20,000 nucleotides of DNA from an uncultured virus (IMG/VR IMGVR_UViG_3300025759_000060) (IMGVR_UViG_3300025759_000060), one strand, 5' to 3'; shown: positions 1 through 7,753, counted from the first letter of the stretch. Translations and numbers: made by a program. The notes: generated from the letters alone by a model not told the origin.

Positions 1-23
1 AATTTAACATACACAAAAACCAT
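1..23 (-). CDS. 5' end of next gene (partial, MVFVYVK...), product unknown
   Basis: On the minus strand the nrdJ stop overlaps an AGGAG RBS (tAGGAGttaact ATG); ATG at 23 and the frame is open to the window edge. Confidence 0.55.
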
Positions 24-32
24 AGTTAACTC

Positions 33-2249
33 CTAGATTATATCACACTTCCCGCCAGCACAAGCTACCTCTTGTACTGGATTTACATTATTCTGTTCTT
101 CAATTACGTTGGTGTAATGTACTTCCTTGTACTCACGGTTGATATCTAACCATTCATGCCAATTGTAAACATCCTTCATACAATATGTTAATTGTTTTAA
201 ATCTCCATTCATGTATTTATCAGCAAATTTTTGACATCTATCTTTATAAGATTTTTTTTCTGTACCTTTAGCCTTTTGACCAACACCTAATAAACTATCA
301 CACGCTGCCCAAAGATTATCTTCATATAGTTGTAGTCCAATTTCTATCAGACCGCTAACAAACATTGCAGCATCTCCATAGTGTTGTATCTGTTCACTGG
401 GTAAATACACCGTTGTGAACGGAGCTTGAGCATAATCTTTATCCCCAGCTATGGGAAGAAGAGAAACGCCACAAAAATATTTACGATATTTATATATAAA
501 ATCTGTAACAGAATCCCATTCATCTGGCTTTACATTAATAGTATTAGAAACATTATGCGTCAACCAAGGTTGAGTACATTGCTTTGGGTTTGTACCGCTT
601 ACAACCCAGTTTCTTTGCGTACTTTTTACATACTCAAGAAGGTCGATTGCACCAACTTGATTTTTGATCTTTGCGCCGTCTGGAACTTCTACGCAAAATG
701 CTACTACGTCATCTGAGTCATTATTTGACCACACAGACTCTTCACAAGCTCTAGGATTAATTGTTTTAAAATACTGGTATATTGGCTCCAGCTTATTAGC
801 TTGGACTCTACGGATGTATCTCTTGGCGTGGTGGGGGTGAATACCAGACGATGTTCCAAGAATGCAACTTGATGTTCCTTCTGGTTTAACACAGGTTGTA
901 CGAGCCGCTTGATTAACACCAATTAGTGCAGCTAATTTCTTGTTGGTTTCTTTTACTATTTCTGCGCCTCTTTTTTGCACTTCTGGGTCAAGACAAATTT
1001 CATGTTGCTCCATAACACCCGTCATTGAAACACCCAGTAAAGCTTCGCGGCTAATAATTCTTTCTGAGACCTCTCCAAGATATGGAAAACTAGCAAATCC
1101 AGCCTGTAGTGTGCCAATAATTGCAGCGGAAGCACACGCTTCATAAAACTCTTTCTTTGTAGTTACCTTAGCGCAGTTAATTGTAGATAGATTACACGCC
1201 TGCCATCCAGTTTTACCTGTCTGCTCATCGACGGGCCACATGCCAATTTCCACACATGGATTGACAATCAATTCTGTAGAATCAGACCATACAAATCCGG
1301 GTTCTCCAAACTCTTTAACAGATTGCATGAGTTCTGTAAACTGTTCTTTTGTTGTTTCGTTGCGAAGCAATAAGGCAGAATTGTTTGATCGTCCTCTCTG
1401 TGGATTATCAATAAACCATGATCCAGTTTTAGCTTTTGCCATTTCTTCGTCGTCGGCAGAAAAGACGCAGATAGTAGCGCTACGACGAACACCGCCACTG
1501 ATTACAGCATCAGCGCCATACATAACAATGTCATACGCTTCAATTGGCTTGAGTTTCTTCTGACCATTTTTAATAGCATTGTCAAGTGTTTTCTTGATGC
1601 TAGTCAAAGCATTCTTTAATGGTTCTGGACCCGGAGCTTTACCTCCACTTGATTTTAGATAAGCTCCTGCTGGACGTATAGCAGAATAATCAAATACAAC
1701 TGTTTTACCATTATATTCAGGAAAAAGATCATCTCCCTTGAAATAACTAGAAATAAGAACACCTACAGCGTCTGACCAACCTTCTATAGAATCTTCAATA
1801 ACAAATTTCTTTTGACCGTTTTTTCCTCTGATTAAGTTAGGTAGTTTAGCAATGTGGTGTTTCTGCACAGAGAATCCAGTTCCACAACCACAAAGTAATA
1901 GATACATGCATTCTTGGAAAAATCTTGTTCTGTCAATATATGAAGCAATACAGTTATATATTCTAGCATTATGTTTAAACACTGGAGATCCACCAAATTG
2001 TAAAGCTCTTTGTGAACCAAGAATCTTTTTTTTCTTCATGTCATCGTATGCTTGATCAATATACTTTGCGATCTCTGCCACTGGAGGAGGAGTCGTCTCC
2101 TTGTGTATACTATCATCCACATACTTGTCAATCATCATTTGTCTTACTCTATCAACTGATTCACCCCACGTTTCTCTTCTTTTCTTTTGTGGACACCACC
2201 TTGCATATTTAGATACGAACGTATAACTCATTAATGATTTGAGCGACAT
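33..2249 (-). CDS. nrdJ: Class II (adenosylcobalamin-dependent) ribonucleotide reductase, monomeric RTPR type
   Basis: 738 aa; YNC, GGVRRSA, NPCVE (thiyl-radical Cys), CNL, TCVKPEGTSS..GTSSGIH, GVSLLP where class I has the YY dyad, C-terminal CAGGKC redox pair; no ATP cone. Confidence 0.92.
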   Translation of the reverse strand: MSLKSLMSYTFVSKYARWCPQKKRRETWGESVDRVRQMMIDKYVDDSIHKETTPPPVAEIAKYIDQAYDDMKKKKILGSQRALQFGGSPVFKHNARIYNCIASYIDRTRFFQECMYLLLCGCGTGFSVQKHHIAKLPNLIRGKNGQKKFVIEDSIEGWSDAVGVLISSYFKGDDLFPEYNGKTVVFDYSAIRPAGAYLKSSGGKAPGPEPLKNALTSIKKTLDNAIKNGQKKLKPIEAYDIVMYGADAVISGGVRRSATICVFSADDEEMAKAKTGSWFIDNPQRGRSNNSALLLRNETTKEQFTELMQSVKEFGEPGFVWSDSTELIVNPCVEIGMWPVDEQTGKTGWQACNLSTINCAKVTTKKEFYEACASAAIIGTLQAGFASFPYLGEVSERIISREALLGVSMTGVMEQHEICLDPEVQKRGAEIVKETNKKLAALIGVNQAARTTCVKPEGTSSCILGTSSGIHPHHAKRYIRRVQANKLEPIYQYFKTINPRACEESVWSNNDSDDVVAFCVEVPDGAKIKNQVGAIDLLEYVKSTQRNWVVSGTNPKQCTQPWLTHNVSNTINVKPDEWDSVTDFIYKYRKYFCGVSLLPIAGDKDYAQAPFTTVYLPSEQIQHYGDAAMFVSGLIEIGLQLYEDNLWAACDSLLGVGQKAKGTEKKSYKDRCQKFADKYMNGDLKQLTYCMKDVYNWHEWLDINREYKEVHYTNVIEEQNNVNPVQEVACAGGKCDII

Positions 2250-2269
2250 GTACTGACTCCGTGTTTTGT

Positions 2270-2896
2270 TTAAGTATCAAATAATTTATCTAAGAATCTA
2301 TTTATAATCCATCTAATGATAACAGGTAAGATAACATAAAGAAAAATCCAAGTCAATAAAACTGACCCATATTTTTTCTCAGCGTCTTCTACAACGTTGT
2401 CGTATACAAAATTATAACATTGATCCTTTAGGGTATATCTATCAAAATAATCAGCATTATCAAAAGTAACACCTTTACCCATACACATTGTAGCCCATTG
2501 CTCTGAATATTGCAAGCATTTTTTGGCAATATCTTTGTAGGATTTTTTAGAATATTTTGCTTCTATTTCAGCATAAATATCAGCATTATTGAAATTGCAA
2601 AACTTGACGGTATCAGAAGAATCACCATAGCCAAAACTAAAGTCTGGAAAATTTCTTAACTTTATAGATCCACCTTCTTCTCCAAAAATTATTTGTTCAA
2701 TGTAAGCATAGAACGTAATAAGTTTTGTTATCTCTGCTCTAGGTTGATTTTCGCCAAACTTTATAATTGTTACATTGTCACCATGACTTATGTTTGCAAC
2801 GCAAGGGCTTTCTGCTTTAATCTTAAATCCTTTAACTTCTATTCCATTTCCATTAAAAATATTCCTAAGACTTATATTTATTTCTTTTGGTGACAT
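2270..2896 (-). CDS. Hypothetical protein with C-terminal transmembrane anchor
   Basis: ORF track 2270..2923; ATG at 2896 (MSPKEI) directly follows the upstream stop; hydrophobic VLLTWIFLYVILPVIIRWII near C-terminus. Confidence 0.75.
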   Translation of the reverse strand: MSPKEINISLRNIFNGNGIEVKGFKIKAESPCVANISHGDNVTIIKFGENQPRAEITKLITFYAYIEQIIFGEEGGSIKLRNFPDFSFGYGDSSDTVKFCNFNNADIYAEIEAKYSKKSYKDIAKKCLQYSEQWATMCMGKGVTFDNADYFDRYTLKDQCYNFVYDNVVEDAEKKYGSVLLTWIFLYVILPVIIRWIINRFLDKLFDT

Positions 2897-2898
2897 AT

Positions 2899-3366
2899 TT
2901 ATCCCCCATGTATTAATACCCACGCTACAGCCATAAAATACTCATTTAGTTCTGCTTTCTCAGATTCTTTTAAAGAATGATTGTCATCTCCCATAATTTC
3001 TTTTAACAGTTTTACTATCTCTTCTGCTAGCCCGTCATATTTATCAACTAATGTGTCTTTAAAAAATATTTTTCCAGCAAGAGTATAAACATCATTTACT
3101 TGTTGCGAAGTGGCATTATAGTCTAAAACTCTTTTTGCAAACTCATAGTTAAAAATAGCCAACTTAGCTTTGTCGCTTGGGTCTGTAACAAGTTCAGAAA
3201 ATATTTCAACCCTATTTATAACATCTTCGTGAGGTTTATCTATGCTCAAAATTTTTACTGGTGGCGGTTCTGGATTTGGTTTAGGAGTTTGATCAAGCAA
3301 ATCTAATAAGCCTCCACCGAAAAAACTATATAGCAACAAACCTACTGCTAGTATATTTTTATACAT
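2899..3366 (-). CDS. Membrane-anchored/exported protein with Pro-rich linker and helical domain
   Basis: Likely ATG at 3366 (MYKNILAVGLLLYSFFGGG) just after upstream stop at 3368; linker TPKPNPEPPP. Confidence 0.75.
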   Translation of the reverse strand: MYKNILAVGLLLYSFFGGGLLDLLDQTPKPNPEPPPVKILSIDKPHEDVINRVEIFSELVTDPSDKAKLAIFNYEFAKRVLDYNATSQQVNDVYTLAGKIFFKDTLVDKYDGLAEEIVKLLKEIMGDDNHSLKESEKAELNEYFMAVAWVLIHGG

Positions 3367-3367
3367 T

Positions 3368-3655
3368 TTATTTCTCCGCATTAAATAGTGGAAAAACTTC
3401 ATCTAGCTTTTCCACTGCTTGGTCTAATCCTTCTTCTGTACATTTCTCTTTTAGGGAGTACCATAGGTCTACGATTTCCAAAAAAGGCTTATCAGCAACC
3501 TCGTCTTCCTCGATGATCACCTTGTTCTTTTTTAGAAAATTAAAGCTAAACATACTTTTAACCTTTCCGAATACATAAGACCAACTAATATTTGAAAATA
3601 GTAACACAGACGCTATTGCAATCGCTGCTACTCTTAAAATCATTTCTGTTTCCAT
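3368..3655 (-). CDS. Small N-terminally anchored membrane protein
   Basis: 95 aa; hydrophobic ILRVAAIAIASVLLFSNISW then charged helical tail; GGAG RBS upstream. Confidence 0.75.
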   Translation of the reverse strand: METEMILRVAAIAIASVLLFSNISWSYVFGKVKSMFSFNFLKKNKVIIEEDEVADKPFLEIVDLWYSLKEKCTEEGLDQAVEKLDEVFPLFNAEK

Positions 3656-3668
3656 AATGTCTCCAATC

Positions 3669-4052
3669 CTAATGTTTATAAATTAATAATCCTTCTTTTA
3701 GTATTTTAGCCGTTCCCTCTCCGTGGTATGGGCATTTTGTTTTGTGACCGTCCCCTTGTTTTATCCAGCCTGATCCACCACAAGGGCATTTATCTGGATC
3801 TGGGTTTGGCCCAATAATGTCTGGAGTCGGATTATCTTCTTTAAATATTTCTGAACCCGCTTTGTCGAAAGCAACTTTAACGTCTGCCTTCCATGTTTCT
3901 ATGTAATCTTCATACATGTTTGTAATATCTTCAGTGCTACATCCACAATCTACAGGTCCACCGTCAATAACAGACTGCCTGTTATCCATTATCATAACCG
4001 TTGCAGCTATACTGATTACAGAGATAAAAACAAGCTCAAGATGTTTTTTCAT
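3669..4052 (-). CDS. Exported/anchored protein with Cys/His-rich putative Zn-binding motif
   Basis: Signal-like MKKHLELVFISVISIAATVM; DCGC and CPCGGSGWIKQGDGHKTKCPYH, resembling a DnaJ CxxCxGxG knuckle. Confidence 0.7.
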   Translation of the reverse strand: MKKHLELVFISVISIAATVMIMDNRQSVIDGGPVDCGCSTEDITNMYEDYIETWKADVKVAFDKAGSEIFKEDNPTPDIIGPNPDPDKCPCGGSGWIKQGDGHKTKCPYHGEGTAKILKEGLLIYKH

Positions 4053-4270
4053 GGATCGCCTCCGTCCACGGCATTATAATAAGCAATATCATCAAATCGC
4101 CCTGTCAATCCAGCTTGAATGGCTGTATAACTAGGACTAGTATCTAGAGTTGCATCAATTGTATTAAACTCGCCAGTTGCTAGGCAGGTTACAACAACAG
4201 TGCCATTTTTTGTTGCTTCTACAGAAGTGTTTGGATTTGTTACTACGTCAGTTGTTGAGACTACGCCCAT
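4049..4270 (-). CDS. Small Thr/Val-rich putative virion protein
   Basis: 73 aa, GGAG RBS, beta-rich composition, terminal VDGGDP. Confidence 0.65.
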   Translation of the reverse strand: MGVVSTTDVVTNPNTSVEATKNGTVVVTCLATGEFNTIDATLDTSPSYTAIQAGLTGRFDDIAYYNAVDGGDP

Positions 4271-4281
4271 TGTAAATTCTC

Positions 4282-4389
4282 CTATGGTTTAGTATAAATT
4301 AATTTTGAACCTTTGTATATTTTTTCTATAATTTTACCTTCTACGTATGCAGAAGGAATGTTGTTTGAACCCTTTTTTACGTTAGCCAC
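4282..4389 (-). CDS. Unannotated 35-aa ORF (MANVKKGSNNIPSAYVEGKIIEKIYKGSKLIYTKP), tail-protein-like motif
   Basis: Translated by hand: GGAG RBS + GTG at 4389, TAG at 4282; fills the gap between neighbours; KIYKGSKLIY resembles the k-i-Y-x-G-x-x-l-v-W/Y motif of phage tail proteins. Confidence 0.7.
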   Translation of the reverse strand: MANVKKGSNNIPSAYVEGKIIEKIYKGSKLIYTKP

Positions 4390-4398
4390 AGAACACTC

Positions 4399-4701
4399 CT
4401 AAACAACAAAGTAAACTGTGTTTTCATCCTTAGTTAGTGTTGCGTATGACGCAGCATCTGTAAAAACTAAGTTTTGAACACCGCTAACGTTAACACCCTC
4501 TTCTGCACCAGCCTGTACTATGTCTGACTTTATTGCTATTCCAGAAAGGTTTGAAAAAGTTGTAACTCCATCACCGATTTTTAGAGTATTGTCATTTATA
4601 GAGAATCCGGGTTCTCCCTCTCCTAAAACTGTATTAGCAGAAGCCCACTCAGAAGCAGAGCCTCTACGTAATTGCACCCTTGTGTTTGAATAATCTGGCA
4701 T
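4399..4701 (-). CDS. Miniature tail-fibre-related protein with Mtd_N (major tropism determinant N-terminal)-like domain
   Basis: RVQLRRGSASEWASANTVLGEGEPG...LKIGDGVTTFSNL is the Mtd_N signature; C-terminal YATLTKDENTVYFV resembles a common phage tail C-terminal motif. Confidence 0.85.
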   Translation of the reverse strand: MPDYSNTRVQLRRGSASEWASANTVLGEGEPGFSINDNTLKIGDGVTTFSNLSGIAIKSDIVQAGAEEGVNVSGVQNLVFTDAASYATLTKDENTVYFVV

Positions 4702-5621
4702 TAAAACACCTCATCTATCGTAAAGTCTACTTTTCGTGGTGGGAATCCATCCACATCGCTGAACGCCCAAGCTCCATTTTGATTTAGCATACCTCTAGCA
4801 TCTTTTTCTCTAATCCAAAATGATCCGTCTGGTTGATCAAATCGTTTAGGACCACCGTTAAATGCCCCCCAACTATTTTGAATTAAGAATAATGTTTCTT
4901 TATATATTTCATGCGAATCGTCCATGGAAATCCAAGCCATTGCGTGGTTCCATGACCCTGATCTACGAGCTATACCATTAGAGTCTCTACGTGAGGAAAA
5001 TCCGTAATTACTACACACGCTTAAAGCATACCCGTTAGCTATAGCATCTCTAGCTTCTTCGACAGATTTTACTAAACTAATTGTTTTTACTTGGTGCTTC
5101 TTGCCCTCTTCTATTACGTCTCTAGGAACGCCAGATCTTCCCCAACTTGTTCCTATTCTACTATTATATTTAGAAAAGTCAACGAATCCATAATCTTTTC
5201 TAACTAGGATGCCCCCGTTCTGAGCAACAAATCTTGCAGCAACAGAACAGGACATCCCTTGACCGCCATGACCGCGAGATCCATATATTGCTTCGGTTGC
5301 TCCTCTCGCCACAAATTCTTCTGCTTGACCACCAACAATTTCATGACATCTTGTAACATCTACGGCATTACGTGTCGAATGCGAGACGCAATCGCCTGTA
5401 GTTTGTCTTTCGTGAGGTCCAAAACTTGGATCATGTTTTATAGCAGACTTATGCAGTAAAGCAACTTTACCCTTGCCACTACTATATAAATCAGAGGCAG
5501 CAACTCCAAAGAGGGGGTGTGGCAACTCTCCTAAAAGTTTATCAGTATCTTCTGGATCGCACCACGAACCTACAAGTCCGTCCTTATAGGCTTTTAATAT
5601 TTCTTGCGGTGTATTAAACAT
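4701..5621 (-). CDS. Papain-like (C1-type) cysteine peptidase without signal peptide
   Basis: QTTGDCVSH (oxyanion Gln, catalytic Cys), WNHAM (His), IQNSWG (Asn), followed by GSFWI. Confidence 0.85.
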   Translation of the reverse strand: MFNTPQEILKAYKDGLVGSWCDPEDTDKLLGELPHPLFGVAASDLYSSGKGKVALLHKSAIKHDPSFGPHERQTTGDCVSHSTRNAVDVTRCHEIVGGQAEEFVARGATEAIYGSRGHGGQGMSCSVAARFVAQNGGILVRKDYGFVDFSKYNSRIGTSWGRSGVPRDVIEEGKKHQVKTISLVKSVEEARDAIANGYALSVCSNYGFSSRRDSNGIARRSGSWNHAMAWISMDDSHEIYKETLFLIQNSWGAFNGGPKRFDQPDGSFWIREKDARGMLNQNGAWAFSDVDGFPPRKVDFTIDEVF

Positions 5622-5624
5622 TTT

Positions 5625-5846
5625 TTACTCCGACGCATTGTTTTTTGCCCACTTAACTACAGTATTAATTACAACTGCTGCAATTGGTACAAGCATTACG
5701 CCCATATTTCCAAGATCTAGATTACCAAGATTTTCACCTAGATAAGTAAGACCAGCAGCTAAAGCTACAAGTGCTGTATTTTTTGCAATATCTACAACGT
5801 CGGCTACATTAAGAGTGAACGCTGGCGAATTATTTTTATCTGACAT
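5625..5846 (-). CDS. Holin-like two-TM small membrane protein
   Basis: 73 aa; TM1 TALVALAAGLTYLG, TM2 MGVMLVPIAAVVINTVV, basic tail KWAK; immediately upstream of the peptidase. Confidence 0.6.
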   Translation of the reverse strand: MSDKNNSPAFTLNVADVVDIAKNTALVALAAGLTYLGENLGNLDLGNMGVMLVPIAAVVINTVVKWAKNNASE

Positions 5847-5848
5847 TT

Positions 5849-6439
5849 TTATACCTCTTCAGTTTTTGAAACACTTACTAAAAATCCTCCGTGCTTATCC
5901 TCATCTATGCGATACGGATAACCTAAAAATCTTATTTCTTCTCCATCGAAATTTTTTGTTGGTCTTGAGAATCTTCTGTTCATTGTTAGGCAAGACATAA
6001 ATTCTTTTAAGACTTCTTCTCTTTCGTCTTCATGGATAATATTTAACCAATCAAAACCCTCAAGACTTGCTCCACCTATTGGCAAGAACTTAAAAAAATT
6101 TGCATTGCTCCATGTCATTCTTCCGTCTTCGTCTGTTTCAAACAGTGCAGCACCGCTGTAATGTAAAGCAGCCTTAGTTCTTTGGATGATAACTTTTTGT
6201 CGTTTTTCTATTCTTTCGCAGCTTTTGCCCATAGATATTATAGCATCTTTTAAGCTACTACCACCATTAGTTGTAAGTTCTTTTTTTATTTCGTTTACAG
6301 ATTCTATAAAGAAATCTTGATTTTTGCATAGTTTTACAATTGGTTTAAGAAATTTTTTCCATAATATGGTTATAAGACCAATCGCTCCACTCAAACCTCC
6401 AAATATAATTGTAATTACTTCTGGATTTAATTCTGTCAC
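5849..6439 (-). CDS. TM + NGGSS coiled-coil (holin-associated) protein fused to a C-terminal PAS domain
   Basis: GTG start after GAGGGG RBS; TM VITIIFGGLSGAIGLITILW; ELTTNGGSSLKDAI; PAS signature ALFETDEDGRMTWSN...EGFDWLNIIHEDERE. Confidence 0.8.
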   Translation of the reverse strand: MTELNPEVITIIFGGLSGAIGLITILWKKFLKPIVKLCKNQDFFIESVNEIKKELTTNGGSSLKDAIISMGKSCERIEKRQKVIIQRTKAALHYSGAALFETDEDGRMTWSNANFFKFLPIGGASLEGFDWLNIIHEDEREEVLKEFMSCLTMNRRFSRPTKNFDGEEIRFLGYPYRIDEDKHGGFLVSVSKTEEV

Positions 6440-6456
6440 AGTTTTGCCCCTCGTAT

Positions 6457-6492
6457 GAAAATAAAAGACACGCCCCCCTTGGAGGGCGTATC
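6457..6492 (-). terminator. Intrinsic terminator after the 222-aa gene
   Basis: Minus strand GATACGCCCTC-CAAG-GGGGGCGTGTC followed by TTTTATTTT. Confidence 0.85.
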
Positions 6493-6511
6493 CCTTTGCT
6501 AAAACAAAATA

Positions 6512-7180
6512 TTAAGAAGACGTATCTGTTGCGTCTTCAAATGCATCTCTAGCTTTGTACTCGTCCGTAGTTGCCTTGCCAAGACCACCAAAGTGGTAGG
6601 TAAGTTCACCCGGAACTCCTCTAGTTGGACTAGCTGCTTGATCTGTAGCAGCCGTGCTGCCATCCTTCTGTACAAAATTCTGAGCATCGCCAGCATTTGA
6701 TCCCTTGGTCCTGCCCGGAACAACACCGCTACTAGGAACAGCAAGGACATCAAAAGCTACATCGGCAGCACTTCCAAGTCTGCGAGTAGACGATATTCTG
6801 TGGATACTATCTTGACCAACGCTATCATACTGAGCGCCGGGGATGGTTAGTAAGGTTGAGGCATCGTTATTAATTTTGCCAGCACCTTCTGATCCAGCAG
6901 CCTTAATAATGAAATTCCTCTCTCCCCTTGCTGGACTATACGCCAGCCCCCCAGTGCCACCAGCCTTGGCTGTTGTAACACCTTGAGGATCTTCAAATAA
7001 ACCTCCATCACCACCGTCATTAGCTTTGACTTTTGATCCATACTCAGAGCCTGTTGCAAGCTCATTTGGATTAAGTGTGTCAGTAATAGGACTATCTGAT
7101 GCTGGTGTGCCTGCGTTGGTGACTGTGCCGCCATCAACTTTTTCAACACCGCCAGCTTGTTTTGCAGCTGTAGTAGACAT
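6512..7180 (-). CDS. Gly/Ala/Thr/Asp-rich putative virion structural (decoration-like) protein
   Basis: 222 aa, no Cys or Trp, small-residue-rich; GGAG RBS, own leader and terminator suggest high expression; function inferred only. Confidence 0.55.
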   Translation of the reverse strand: MSTTAAKQAGGVEKVDGGTVTNAGTPASDSPITDTLNPNELATGSEYGSKVKANDGGDGGLFEDPQGVTTAKAGGTGGLAYSPARGERNFIIKAAGSEGAGKINNDASTLLTIPGAQYDSVGQDSIHRISSTRRLGSAADVAFDVLAVPSSGVVPGRTKGSNAGDAQNFVQKDGSTAATDQAASPTRGVPGELTYHFGGLGKATTDEYKARDAFEDATDTSS

Positions 7181-7267
7181 ATATTATCTCCGTATATGTT
7201 GTAATTTTGTTAAAAAGTAATGTCCACTCGTCCTTTATAAGTCCTATTCCTAATAACATATACACTT

Positions 7268-7744
7268 TTATACAAACTTGTGCTGAAAATTTTTAGTCAT
7301 TTTTTTGACCTTTTTCCTAACAGTTTCCTTGCCAATGTCGTATTTATTTGATAGTTCTTCATTAGTCATTTTTGATATTTTATCTTTTAAAAGACTTTTT
7401 TCAAAGTCATTTTCAGCCTCGTCCAAAATGTCAATTATCATTTCTTCAGTATTATTAACGCTTTGGATGGAAGGGTTTAATTTTCCACAAAATTTGCTTT
7501 TATTTACAAATTTAACAGCTTTTAAACATTCAATATAAACACCCTTATACAGATAGGTAGTAAATTTACATTTCTTCTCTGGTTTAAAATTTAAGAAACA
7601 TTTCCACAAAGCATTAAGTTTGCAAGTGTAAATATCTTCTTGTTCTAACTGATTGACAAACTTCTTACAAGCATGATTCATGATATTAACAATATCTTTG
7701 TCATTAAGAGCGTTTTCAATTTTTTTATCAATGCATTCTAACAT
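7268..7744 (-). CDS. Small sigma70-family (ECF-sized) RNA polymerase sigma factor
   Basis: Region 2-like EDIY...ALWKCFLNFKPEKKCKFTTYLY; region 4 HTH MTNEELSNKYDIGKETVRKK; AGGAG RBS. Confidence 0.75.
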   Translation of the reverse strand: MLECIDKKIENALNDKDIVNIMNHACKKFVNQLEQEDIYTCKLNALWKCFLNFKPEKKCKFTTYLYKGVYIECLKAVKFVNKSKFCGKLNPSIQSVNNTEEMIIDILDEAENDFEKSLLKDKISKMTNEELSNKYDIGKETVRKKVKKMTKNFQHKFV

Positions 7745-7753
7745 ATAAACTCC

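Noticed and set aside
9..14. GTGTAT as another copy of the candidate late promoter
   Set aside because: Falls inside the probable coding start (ATG at 23) of the next gene
33..2249. Intein or intron in nrdJ
   Set aside because: Continuous ORF of normal length with no intein splice or homing endonuclease motifs
2899..4052. Canonical i-spanin/o-spanin pair
   Set aside because: No lipobox Cys after any hydrophobic N-terminus and no nested lipoprotein ORF found
4399..4701. Diversity-generating retroelement suggested by the Mtd-like domain
   Set aside because: Only the N-terminal domain is present; no reverse transcriptase, C-type lectin variable region or TR/VR repeat pair seen in the window
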